A DNA stretch of 64,000 bases from Vulcanimicrobiota bacterium (GTDB lineage: Bacteria; Vulcanimicrobiota; Vulcanimicrobiia; Vulcanimicrobiales; Vulcanimicrobiaceae). Below are positions 42,525 through 51,631 of this stretch, in pieces. The stretch lies in the NCBI GenBank assembly GCA_963792005.1, contig CAWBUG010000002.1, positions 471,179 to 535,178 on the forward strand. The letters run 5' to 3'. Numbering within the stretch: position 1 is the stretch's first letter; each line of letters begins with the position of its first letter. The notes under the pieces are model-generated. The model was given only the letters and a program-made list of their open reading frames with translations. It made no database searches and was not told where the DNA came from. The position numbers and the translations under genes were made by a program.

Positions 42525-45248
42525 ATGATCAGCACCGACGTCAAGTTCGAAGTCCTCGCCGGTCGCGCGGCCGAGCTCGCCTTTCTACGCGAACGCGTTA
42601 CGAAGGCGGCTGGGGGCGAAGGCTCCGTCACCCTCATCCTCGGCGAGGCTGGGCTTGGGAAGAGCCGCCTAGTCGCCGAACTTCAAAAAAGCGCGGGTCA
42701 CGAGATCCCACGCTTATTGGTCGCTGAATGCTTGGAGCACGCACGGGTGCCCCTGCAACCGTTTCTTGCAATCGTAGCCGCTACGCGTGCCGATTTGCTT
42801 TCGCTTGCCGATTCGTGTGCCGAAATCTCCGATGTCATCTTGCAGCGATTGCACGCCACAAGCGCTCATTCGCTGCCACACATCGTCGCCATCGAGGACG
42901 TGCAGTGGGCCGACGATATGACTTTGCAAACGATTGAGTATCTTGGGTGCCACGTTGAGTCGCTGCCTTTGTGCCTGCTTATCACATGCCGCAGTGATGT
43001 CATGCGTGACGATCCCCGAATCGGTGCGGCGTTATCGGCACTGCAGCGCCGTGGCGCTCGCGCCGTTTACCTCGAACCGCTCTCGGAGATTGACACTCGC
43101 TTTCTGCTCAACTCCTTACTCCGTCAGAACCACGGCCTTTCCACCGTGGAGATCGACCACATCCAAGACCTTTCCGGCGGAAATCCACTTTATCTTCAGG
43201 AGCTGATCCGTGACGCGATTGATCAGCGGCAAACGGGCGCCGCTGTCGTAGCCGACCGCGTCCCAAGCAGCCTCAAAGTTGGTGTCCTCGAACGCCTTCG
43301 GGGGCTCGCATCATCGACACGTCAAACGCTCCTCGAAGCGGCTGTGCTCGGCGTTGAGTTCGACCTTCAGCTCCTATCCTTGCTCTGCGGTCACGGTTTC
43401 ACTGGTGCCGTCGATGCTTTGCAGCAAGCCGTCGAGGCGAAGTTCCTAACGGAGATTTCGTCCGACGGGCGATACCGGTTCAGGCATCCACTAATTCGCC
43501 AGGCGCTGTATTCCGAGCTGACGACGCCGGCGGCAATCGCCCTGCATCAACGTGCTGCACAAGCGCTGGAACATCGGGTGGGGAGCCGTCATCGGCTGGC
43601 AGAGCTGGCGTACCACGCCTCGGCCGCATCGAATGCGAAGACGGCCTTTCGTTACAACGAAGCGGCGGGCGATGCTGCGATGCTTTCGTACAGCTACCGC
43701 GATGCCATACGATTCTTTCGAGCTACCGTTCGCTTCGCACCTCGGTCGCAGTCTCGGCTCGGCGAAGTCAACGGGAAGCTGGCCTATGCGCTCTACTGTG
43801 ACGGCCGCCTGGACGAGGCAAAGACCTATTTTCGCGCGGCCATCGACGGTCATGTACACGCGAAGTCCTTCAAGCCCGCATTTTGGCTCATCGACTTGCT
43901 CTACAGCGTCTACTGGCACGACGGCGACGCGATAGGTGGACTTGAGTTCGCTGCAATGATCGTTCGCATCGCCGAGCATAATGGAGATCGCGATGTCAAG
44001 GATTCGTTGCTCATTAGGACGGCAAGCTATCTGAACGTTCTCGACATGCCGTGCCAGGCCGAAGAGCTGCTTGGACGCATCGGACAGACGGAAAGCAATC
44101 TCGGCGTCTCCTCGCGGATCAGGCTCCACGAGCTTCGTGCAATCGCTCTTGTCGGCACCGGGTGTTTTTCGGAGGCGATTCGCGAATTCGAACTTGCGCT
44201 CGATATCTCGCAAGCCAACCAGGTCTATCTCGAGACGACCAAAGTTACCGGAAACTTCGCCACCTGCTATCGCCTGATGGGCGACTTGGACGGTGCCGAA
44301 CGACTGGCTCGATATGCACTTCGCTGCGCCGAAGCACAGCATTTAGGCCTCGTTCACCAATGCTGCCGGACGATTGAGCTTGCTGAAATTCTCTTCCTCA
44401 AAGGACGGCTGCAAGAGGCTGCCGAGCTGAGCTTTCCGGCGCTGGCCAACGGGATCGTTTTGAATGGGATGCAGATCAAGGCCGCGAGCGTCATCATACC
44501 GATTGCCCTTGCCATGATGCGTGAAGATTTGCTGTCCTACTTTGACGAGGATTCTATCGTAGCCCAGGCCTTTGCCACGCGGATGATATCTCACATCGCC
44601 TCAATGACCGACGCCATTGTCCCACTCTATCTTCATCGTGGCCGCAGCGAGGACGCTCAGGTACTACTGCATCGAGCAATGACATGCGCAGCGGCGCCGG
44701 ATCCCTTCGCGCTCGACATGCTGGTACGCGTAGGGAAACACGGAGTGACCAGCGACGTGCCGAAAGCGCGCGAACTCCTTCTGCAGATCTGCGCCCGCCG
44801 GCCACAGCTCATCGGTAAGGCATACGTCGCCTATTTCGATGCTGTGGTGGCTCGGCGCGAGCGTAGCTGGGAGCGGCACAAGCGCCTTGCCGCTACCGCG
44901 GCGGCTAGCTTTGCCGAACTCGGCATACCGATGTTCCAAGCAGATGCCTTGGAGCTCGGCGGCCGGCAGAGAGACGCCCTCACGATCTATCGGCGCATCG
45001 GCGCCGCCGGCCATGCGGCCCGTCTGGAACAGATGTTTTCCGATCGCGGACATCGAGGTGGCCGGCTGACGCGGCGGCAGCAGCAAATAGGCAAGCTGAT
45101 CGCCGCTGGTGCCAGTAACCGCGACGTGGCTGGACGTCTGCACATTAGTGAAAAGACGTTAGCCAATCATCTTACCGGGATCTACCGCCGCCTCAATATC
45201 GACTCGCGCGGAGCTCTCGTCGAATACCTGACCCGGTATCCGACCTGA
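42525..45248 (+). CDS. STAND-type (AAA_16-like ATPase plus TPR-like) LuxR-family transcriptional regulator
   Basis: 907 aa from MISTDVKF. Walker A GEAGLGKS. Walker B-like VAIEDVQWAD. C-terminal LuxR HTH LTRRQQQIGKLIAAGASNRDVAGRLHISEKTLANHLTGIYRRL. Confidence 0.85.
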   Translation: MISTDVKFEVLAGRAAELAFLRERVTKAAGGEGSVTLILGEAGLGKSRLVAELQKSAGHEIPRLLVAECLEHARVPLQPFLAIVAATRADLLSLADSCAEISDVILQRLHATSAHSLPHIVAIEDVQWADDMTLQTIEYLGCHVESLPLCLLITCRSDVMRDDPRIGAALSALQRRGARAVYLEPLSEIDTRFLLNSLLRQNHGLSTVEIDHIQDLSGGNPLYLQELIRDAIDQRQTGAAVVADRVPSSLKVGVLERLRGLASSTRQTLLEAAVLGVEFDLQLLSLLCGHGFTGAVDALQQAVEAKFLTEISSDGRYRFRHPLIRQALYSELTTPAAIALHQRAAQALEHRVGSRHRLAELAYHASAASNAKTAFRYNEAAGDAAMLSYSYRDAIRFFRATVRFAPRSQSRLGEVNGKLAYALYCDGRLDEAKTYFRAAIDGHVHAKSFKPAFWLIDLLYSVYWHDGDAIGGLEFAAMIVRIAEHNGDRDVKDSLLIRTASYLNVLDMPCQAEELLGRIGQTESNLGVSSRIRLHELRAIALVGTGCFSEAIREFELALDISQANQVYLETTKVTGNFATCYRLMGDLDGAERLARYALRCAEAQHLGLVHQCCRTIELAEILFLKGRLQEAAELSFPALANGIVLNGMQIKAASVIIPIALAMMREDLLSYFDEDSIVAQAFATRMISHIASMTDAIVPLYLHRGRSEDAQVLLHRAMTCAAAPDPFALDMLVRVGKHGVTSDVPKARELLLQICARRPQLIGKAYVAYFDAVVARRERSWERHKRLAATAAASFAELGIPMFQADALELGGRQRDALTIYRRIGAAGHAARLEQMFSDRGHRGGRLTRRQQQIGKLIAAGASNRDVAGRLHISEKTLANHLTGIYRRLNIDSRGALVEYLTRYPT

Positions 45249-45364
45249 CCTCCTAACCTTTGGCCGTGGACCTCCTATTCTCGCCGAGGAGCCCCTTTGA
45301 TACTATTGTAGGCCGAAGTCGTCTCACGTCAACCATGGTTCTCGCGCATTGTCGGAGGTAGCGT

Positions 45365-46609
45365 ATGATCCGTTTCCGATCGTTCCCACTCTGTGCATTT
45401 TTCGTTGGGCTCACTGCGTGTAGCGGCGGAATCACGGTTCCTTCGGGCAGCGCGTCCTCTTCGGCGCAAACACAGGCCCCAACGCTGTTCAGTGACCCGA
45501 GGGCGCAGAGGGTCGTGCTGCCCAAAGGCGTACACACGGCGCCGGTCGCCGAACAGTACGAACGCGAAGCGGCGGAGTGGAGCCGAGAGCATCCGCTGCG
45601 CGCCGGTGCGCCGTTCCGCGACGAATCGCCGGGCCAATATCTGTGGTTCGGCGATGCGCGTGGAGCGATCTGGCAGACGAAGGCGGGATCGACTCCCAAG
45701 GACACTGGCGCGAAAGTCGTCGGCGCGCTTTACGACTGCAATAATCCGCTCGGCCTTAAGATCGACCATGCCGGAAACCTGTGGGTGGCGTGCGCCGGGA
45801 ACGGAACGATCAATATGTACTCGCCAAAGGCCAAGAAGGCGACGCTCGTGCTGCACGAGACGCGAACCGAAGGATCGACGCAAATCCAGGCAATCCCCGA
45901 CGACGTTGCGTTCGACGCTTCTGGAAACCTTTATGTCGGCAACGAACAAGTGATCAGCGGCAACGGCTCCGGCTATTCGTTCGAGATCGCCGAAGTTGAC
46001 GTCTTTCTCGCTAGCTCGAAATGCGGCGGAAAGCCGTGCAACAACGCGACGCCGGACATCGAGCTCATAAATCCGCATGCCAATTCGTGCACGGACTGCG
46101 GCATCGTCGAATCGGCGGAAACCTTCGTCGACCTCGACGCGCGGGGAAGACTGTACGAAGACTTTCTGTACCAAGCCGGAAAGTGCGGGAGGAAGGGCTG
46201 CCGAATCACGGTCAGCACGATCGGCGTTGACGTCGTCGCGGCACCATTGAAAAAGAATCCGACGTTTAAATCACTCGTGCGAGGCATGATCTTCCCGGGC
46301 GGGCTCTACACCACATCGAAAGGACGCGTAGCCAACGTGCTCGATCGTGGAACCGACATCATCACGCAGTATGCCCTGCCGTCGTTCAATGCGATTGGCA
46401 CGCTCGGCCCGACACCGCAGGACAAGCACTTCGGCGACTGCGATCCATTCGGCATCGGCTTCAACGAAGCCGAGACCCTGATCGCCGCGGGGGACACGAC
46501 CTGTCACGATTCCATCGTGGGTCTCATCGCGAAAAATCAATTCGTGTCGCACCTGAACTTGGCCTACGGCGAACTGGCCGGCGCCGCTTTCGATCCATCG
46601 GACAAGTAG
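45365..46609 (+). CDS. beta-propeller-like lipoprotein, paralog A
   Basis: 414 aa. Lipobox LTAC. Shares long identical strings with paralog B (VGALYDC, TEGSTQI, LGPTPQD, GAAF.PSDK). Confidence 0.75.
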   Translation: MIRFRSFPLCAFFVGLTACSGGITVPSGSASSSAQTQAPTLFSDPRAQRVVLPKGVHTAPVAEQYEREAAEWSREHPLRAGAPFRDESPGQYLWFGDARGAIWQTKAGSTPKDTGAKVVGALYDCNNPLGLKIDHAGNLWVACAGNGTINMYSPKAKKATLVLHETRTEGSTQIQAIPDDVAFDASGNLYVGNEQVISGNGSGYSFEIAEVDVFLASSKCGGKPCNNATPDIELINPHANSCTDCGIVESAETFVDLDARGRLYEDFLYQAGKCGRKGCRITVSTIGVDVVAAPLKKNPTFKSLVRGMIFPGGLYTTSKGRVANVLDRGTDIITQYALPSFNAIGTLGPTPQDKHFGDCDPFGIGFNEAETLIAAGDTTCHDSIVGLIAKNQFVSHLNLAYGELAGAAFDPSDK

Positions 46610-46615
46610 GAGGAC

Positions 46616-47872
46616 ATGATGACAATGCTTCGTTTCTTTCTAGTTTACGGTCTGTGTTTGTTCGCCGCAGCCTGCACGGCGAGGAACTCAGTTCCGTCTG
46701 TAACCACGCCGGCGACGGGCCAAGTTCAAGCGGCGGCACGGTCCTCGAAATACCCCGCTGACCTGTTCTCAATACTGCCGAACCGCGTGCGGCTCAATCC
46801 CGCGATTGCGAATTCGCTCCGTGAGGCAGCGGCGTGGGCGAAAGCACACCCCTTGCACAGTGGTGCGGCGCATCGGGCCACTGACACCGGCGCGCATCTC
46901 TGGATTTCAGACGAGCGCGGCGCAATCTGGGAGACGAAAGCCGCAAGCAGGGCGACCGGCACTGGCAAGAAGATCGTCGGCGCCTTGTACGATTGCGATG
47001 CCCCGCTTGGCATTAAAACCGATTCGACCGGAAATCTCTGGGCGGCTTGTGCGGCGAGCGGAACGGTGAACATGTATGCTCCGAAGGCGACGAAAGCGAC
47101 GCGCGTTCTTGAGCTTAACCGCACCGAAGGCTCGACGCAGATTTACGCCTACCCCGACGACGTGACTTTTGACCGCGATGGGAACGTCTACGTCGCCAAC
47201 GCTTATACGGAAAGCGTTACCGGTTCGACCTACACGTTGAACAACGCCGAGATAGATGTATTTCTCGCTAACCCGAGGTGCGGCAACCTTCCCTGCAACC
47301 ATGCCACACCCGACAAGATGATACTCAATCCGCACAGCAATCTGGCGTGCCCCTCATCGGGATACTGCGAGATCGGCGTCGGGTACTCGTTCATCGACGT
47401 CGCTGTCGACGGCAGTCTGTATCAAGATTTTTACGACGACGTCTATTCCTGTACCCAGTCGTGCAAGCTGGTGCACAGTAATATCGGGCTCGATCGCATC
47501 CGCAACCCACTGGATAAAAAGCCCGGCTTCGGATCGCTCGTTCGGAAGATGCTGTCGCCCGGGGGAGTCTACACGACCGGCGGCGGCGCGGTCCTCAACA
47601 TGCTCGACTCGGAAACGTACAAGATCACCCGCTACACGTTGTTCCCGTTCAAGAAGATGGGTGTGCTCGGCCCGACCCCGCAGGATCCGCATTTCGGCGA
47701 CTGCCTCCCAATCGCGATGGGATTCAACAACAGCGAGACACTGGTGGCCGCGGGCGATCAAGTTTGCCACGACGCGATCGTGGGCGAGGTGGCGCAGAAT
47801 CACTTCCTCGCTCAGCTCAACATCAACTATGGCGCCTTGGCCGGCGCGGCATTCGAGCCGTCAGACAAGTAG
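46616..47872 (+). CDS. beta-propeller-like lipoprotein, paralog B
   Basis: 418 aa. Lipobox AAAC. Tandem paralog of 45365-46609 with a 6-nt intergenic gap. Confidence 0.75.
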   Translation: MMTMLRFFLVYGLCLFAAACTARNSVPSVTTPATGQVQAAARSSKYPADLFSILPNRVRLNPAIANSLREAAAWAKAHPLHSGAAHRATDTGAHLWISDERGAIWETKAASRATGTGKKIVGALYDCDAPLGIKTDSTGNLWAACAASGTVNMYAPKATKATRVLELNRTEGSTQIYAYPDDVTFDRDGNVYVANAYTESVTGSTYTLNNAEIDVFLANPRCGNLPCNHATPDKMILNPHSNLACPSSGYCEIGVGYSFIDVAVDGSLYQDFYDDVYSCTQSCKLVHSNIGLDRIRNPLDKKPGFGSLVRKMLSPGGVYTTGGGAVLNMLDSETYKITRYTLFPFKKMGVLGPTPQDPHFGDCLPIAMGFNNSETLVAAGDQVCHDAIVGEVAQNHFLAQLNINYGALAGAAFEPSDK

Positions 47873-48016
47873 GAACGAAAGGTCAGTTGCTCGAGGAACG
47901 GTGATCGTTCTCTTCGAGCCACCGCCGATTCCACGATCAGCGCGAGGAAACCGGTGTATAGGTATCAATGAACGACCGCAGCAGCGAGTTGCAGACGTTG
48001 TCACCCGGCTGTGGGT

Positions 48017-48346
48017 TTAAGACGCCGCGCGTCCACTAGATTCCTTCATTTTTCGGGCAAGCCACGATCTTGGGTACTGCTCGAGTTTTTCATCGGCGAG
48101 ATGCATCCAGCGCGCCTTACCTGTAGCACGATACAGCGCCAGGGACGCCAACGAGGCGCGAACGTCGTACCCGATCCGATCAAAGGTGCCCCAGGCTTCA
48201 CGAAGCGCCTCTTCAGCGGGCTCCGTGTCGCCAGCTACCATGGCCACGAGGCCGCTCGCGTATGCCGCCATTGCCTTGAGTCGATCGTCGAAGGCAAAAT
48301 GGACAATGCTCGTCCGAAGTTTTCCTAGATTATTAAATCGCGCCAT
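48017..48346 (-). CDS. hypothetical TPR-like helical protein (possibly a regulator fragment)
   Basis: 109 aa. Helical repeat-like AMAAYASGLVAMVAGDTEPAEEALREAWGTFDRIGY. No DNA-binding domain. Confidence 0.35.
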   Translation of the reverse strand: MARFNNLGKLRTSIVHFAFDDRLKAMAAYASGLVAMVAGDTEPAEEALREAWGTFDRIGYDVRASLASLALYRATGKARWMHLADEKLEQYPRSWLARKMKESSGRAAS

Positions 48347-48435
48347 GTAGAACCGAGCGCGCTTGGGCGCGTGATACCGTTAGACGCCGATGCAGACGTT
48401 CTTCGATAGCCTCGAGTTAGCCAAGGAGAAGTTGT

Positions 48436-48705
48436 TTGCGGCCTGAATCAGCCGCGGTGAAACCATCTGACACTCTTCGACGCGATCATGCGCCGACTGT
48501 CAGACCAAGTCTCGGCTTATACATCTTAGGCGAGGGCGAGGTGGCCGGCGGACTTGCGATCGCAACCGTCGCGGCGGCACCTGTACCGCCGTTGGTCGTA
48601 GGGCTCGGTGCTCTGACAATCGGCACTGCCACCGGATCATACTTTCTGGACGCGAGGTTAGTATATCCAGGTGTTGAAACGTTTGTTCGGGGGTTCCGTA
48701 AATGA
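48436..48705 (+). CDS. hypothetical small membrane protein
   Basis: 89 aa. Gly/Ala-rich TM-like GGLAIATVAAAPVPPLVVGLGALTIGTATG. ATGA overlap with the next ORF. Confidence 0.35.
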   Translation: MRPESAAVKPSDTLRRDHAPTVRPSLGLYILGEGEVAGGLAIATVAAAPVPPLVVGLGALTIGTATGSYFLDARLVYPGVETFVRGFRK

Positions 48706-48917
48706 CATCCGAGAAGATCTTGGCTCGATCATCAAGTGGCTGGTACGTGTGGGCAGCGGCAAGTGCGCTTGTGGTTATTGGCGACATGGTACTCCGAGGC
48801 GTCACGAACCTCAAGTTTTTTGCAGCGCTGCTTTCAATAGTTTTCGGTGTCCTCATGTTCTCGGGTAAACGAGCGGAAGATTTCGTGATTGCGCGCTATC
48901 AGGACCTGCGTGCGTAG
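48702..48917 (+). CDS. hypothetical small membrane protein
   Basis: 71 aa with two TM-like helices. Translationally coupled to 48436-48705. Confidence 0.35.
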   Translation: MTSEKILARSSSGWYVWAAASALVVIGDMVLRGVTNLKFFAALLSIVFGVLMFSGKRAEDFVIARYQDLRA

Positions 48918-48971
48918 CGCGCTGATAGCGTTGTGGAAGCTGCATTAGGGCCAGGGCCGCGTGGAGCGCAA

Positions 48972-49016
48972 TTTCCGGAGTCCCAACGCGCGCGCGCGTA
49001 CCATCAATGTCAAGGG
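48972..49016. repeat. 45-bp direct repeat, copy A
   Basis: TTTCCGGAGTCCCAACGCGCGCGCG is an exact 25-nt core. The next 20 nt match copy B at 15 of 20 positions. Confidence 0.8.
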
Positions 49017-49054
49017 CTCGCTTTCAGCGCACCGTCAAACGCTAACCGCACTGG

Positions 49055-49612
49055 TTACAAGTGTTCCGAGCTGGAAACGCTTCTGTTAGTGCAAATCGCC
49101 CCAGGATGCGTTGGGATCAACGTCAGACAGAGGTAGCGGCCTTCGCGGGTGGCCCAGCAGCGTAAGCACAACAGCAACGCACATCCGAGCAACCACAGCC
49201 GGGCTACTAAGTTGACCGCGATGTTCGTGATCTTTGGTCCCGGCGAAATTTCATATTGCGTGGTCGGAACGACGGTCGTGGCGAACGTACGACCGCCGCG
49301 AAGAATCGGAAGCGCCATCGGCTCAGTTGCCGGTTGGTAGAGCAGACCAAAACGCCGGTATGCGTCGAGATTGCGAATGTCCACGCGATCGCTGTTTCGA
49401 ATCCCGGCACGGAAGGCAGCTCCGCCCGGAACGACCTGGACAAACTCGGCGAGATAGGGTTTCCCGGCTGCTATCGTGACCGAGTCCCAATAGCCGAACC
49501 ACGGTTTCCCGGTGAACCCGAACGTATCCGCGAGTCCGAGGAGCAGCATAATGAGAGCCACGGACCACAGCGCCCCTAAGAGCGTTCGCCAGTAATCAGC
49601 GGTGCCGGCCAC
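49055..49612 (-). CDS. membrane protein with PDZ-like domain (possibly truncated)
   Basis: 185 aa. N-terminal TM, then VVPGGAAFRAGIRNSDRVDI (PDZ-like), then a second TM, then a short tail. Confidence 0.5.
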   Translation of the reverse strand: MAGTADYWRTLLGALWSVALIMLLLGLADTFGFTGKPWFGYWDSVTIAAGKPYLAEFVQVVPGGAAFRAGIRNSDRVDIRNLDAYRRFGLLYQPATEPMALPILRGGRTFATTVVPTTQYEISPGPKITNIAVNLVARLWLLGCALLLCLRCWATREGRYLCLTLIPTHPGAICTNRSVSSSEHL

Positions 49613-49948
49613 GACATCGCCTTCGACAAGGACGCCGGCTTCTCCAGCGGTTTAATAAAATCTAGTGAACTGAATCGCGTCGGCTAGCACAGCGGTATCA
49701 GAGCCGGCTATGAAAGCTGCAATCGGTCCTCAGACCGAGGCAGCTCCCGACGAATCCATGTCATGCGGTAGCCAACCCGCGAATATCAGTCTGATTCACC
49801 GTCGAGCACTCAGATCGACCGCTGACCGATGTGCCTCACCCTACGAAGGAGTAGAACATGCCAACAAAGCGTCGACCCAAAACCCTTGACGAACGCTCCT
49901 CCATATCAGGATGTATGCCGTGGTTCGTGCCCTTATCGAGCGAACCAG

Positions 49949-49993
49949 TTTCCGGAGTCCCAACGCGCGCGCGTGTAACATATTTGTCAAGGG
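49949..49993. repeat. 45-bp direct repeat, copy B
   Basis: Same 25-nt core as 48972-48996. 40 of 45 positions are identical overall. Confidence 0.8.
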
Positions 49994-50094
49994 GCCCATC
50001 GGGCGGTCGAGGTTCTATTTCTAGCGGCATATCGTCCGTTATATTGAAGCCCCGAAATCGCGAACACTTGTACCGGAAATGGCGAGGTCAGCCG

Positions 50095-50508
50095 TTACAT
50101 TCTGATCCGGCTCCATGACGGTGGAGGATTGTCAGAGGCGGCGCTTTTTTCGACATTTGACCGAATGCGGTGCGCGATGGAGGCGAGTCCGCGCCTTGTC
50201 GCGATGGTGCGGAAACCGTCCATCTTGCGCTGCGCCATGTCGACGTTACGGAGTGTATCGACTTCGCGCATGTTTTCGCTGCGCTCGTCCATCATTTGGT
50301 CGAAGGCCTCCGACTGCATTTGAAGCTGCTCTTGATTCTGAACTTCGGAGGCGTACATTCCGAGCTGAAAGGTTTCGTCTTGAGTGTTTAAGGCGTTCAT
50401 CGCAGAGTTCTCGGCATTGCCGATGCCGCCCGATCCAAGCGCTCCGCCGATTGCGTTGCCGAGCAGACCCGAGCCAAGACCTTCGAGGACTGGAAGCAGG
50501 AATGCCAT
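50095..50508 (-). CDS. hypothetical Gly-zipper / helical small protein (P1)
   Basis: 137 aa. AAGGAG RBS. N-terminus MAFLLPVLEGLGSGLLGNAIGGALGSGGIG, then a Gln/Glu/Met-rich helical region. Confidence 0.6.
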   Translation of the reverse strand: MAFLLPVLEGLGSGLLGNAIGGALGSGGIGNAENSAMNALNTQDETFQLGMYASEVQNQEQLQMQSEAFDQMMDERSENMREVDTLRNVDMAQRKMDGFRTIATRRGLASIAHRIRSNVEKSAASDNPPPSWSRIRM

Positions 50509-50528
50509 GTTCGTTGCTCCTTATGAGA

Positions 50529-50840
50529 TCAGTTCGAGTCGTCGCTGAACTGCGTGTAGTCGGTGGCTTGCGGCTTATAACTCTGACTCGCCGGCAAGCC
50601 GGGCAGATTTGGCGGACTGAGCGGAAGGCTCTGTGCTTGCGCCGATAGCGTGCCTAACGATGCGATGAGATTTCCGACGTCGGCGGCGGCGGAGTTTTGC
50701 AACGAGCCGCCGAGCGCGCTCGCGAAGGGCGCAAGGAGCGTACCGGTCTTCGGGGATTCGAGCGCGCCGCTTACCGTGCCGGCGACGGCGTCGGCGACCG
50801 GCTTGGCGAGCGCTCCTTCTATTGAAGGCAAGAATGACAC
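50529..50840 (-). CDS. hypothetical Ala/Gly/Ser-rich small protein (P2)
   Basis: 103 aa from a GTG with an AAAGGAGAG RBS. The N-terminus SFLPSIEGAL resembles P1. The C-terminus YKPQATDYTQFSDDSN resembles the transglycosylase tail. Confidence 0.55.
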   Translation of the reverse strand: MSFLPSIEGALAKPVADAVAGTVSGALESPKTGTLLAPFASALGGSLQNSAAADVGNLIASLGTLSAQAQSLPLSPPNLPGLPASQSYKPQATDYTQFSDDSN

Positions 50841-50853
50841 TATGCTCTCTCCT

Positions 50854-51501
50854 TTACGTGTTCTTTTGGTCGTCATCGTTATCGAATAACGCGACATAAT
50901 CGGTCGCTTGCTCGTGATAACCGCGAGCGCTTTGCGGCGCCACGATCGAGGCTGAGGGAAGCGCCGGCATCGGCGGCAGGATCTGCGCGCAGGATTCGAG
51001 GGCGCCGACGCTGGCGACCGTCGTGCTCGATTCGGCAATGGCCGAGGATTGCGGCGACTCGCCGGTGAGGCGATCGTAGTGTCGCAACACCGAGTCGGCA
51101 TAGCCGAGATCCCTGCCGTCCGCCCAGCGGGTCTCCGTGCCGGTCGCGTTCGGGGATCCGGCATTATAAGCAGAAAGCGCCTCGTGGAGGTTGCCGCCGT
51201 AACGCTTGATGAGACCGGAGATCATCCCGGCGGCGTAGTCGGCGTTCTGGGTCGGATCCATGGCCCCGGGCGTCGAGGCGAAGGAATGCCAGCGGTCGTC
51301 GATTTGGAAGATACCGTGGCCGTGGCCCCCGTCGCCCACGACGTTGTGCCCGGCGTTGGTATCGGGGCCGCCCGTCTCCTGAGCGGCGACGGCGGCGAGC
51401 AGGTCGGGGTCGAGACCGTAACGCCGCGCCGCGCCGGCGATTTGCGGGGCGAAGGCGACGCCGTGTGCGGCCAGGCGCGAAGCGGTTGGATCGATGCTCA
51501 T
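50854..51501 (-). CDS. lytic transglycosylase (SLT-like) domain protein without obvious signal peptide
   Basis: 215 aa. LLAAVAAQETGG (catalytic Glu context), GIFQID, ALSAYNAG. C-terminal tail YHEQATDYVALFDNDDDQKNT. Confidence 0.75.
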   Translation of the reverse strand: MSIDPTASRLAAHGVAFAPQIAGAARRYGLDPDLLAAVAAQETGGPDTNAGHNVVGDGGHGHGIFQIDDRWHSFASTPGAMDPTQNADYAAGMISGLIKRYGGNLHEALSAYNAGSPNATGTETRWADGRDLGYADSVLRHYDRLTGESPQSSAIAESSTTVASVGALESCAQILPPMPALPSASIVAPQSARGYHEQATDYVALFDNDDDQKNT

Positions 51502-51631
51502 GGCAGGCTTCTATCCCGCGCTCCGGCGCGTTTGACAAGGCGTGGCGACGGGTTCTAGAATGGCAAAAGTCCGTGGCGGCCCTGCTAGTTGGCGGGGCCT
51601 CGTGCTGCGGAGCCGTTGGTTCTTTGGTTCT

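Noticed and set aside
49836-50118. Overlapping ORFs 49858-50118(+) (GAAGGAG RBS) and 49836-50030(-) as real genes
   Set aside because: Both have odd composition, they overlap each other and repeat copy B, and neither shows a recognisable family. They are left unannotated, although the plus-strand one has a good RBS and could be real.
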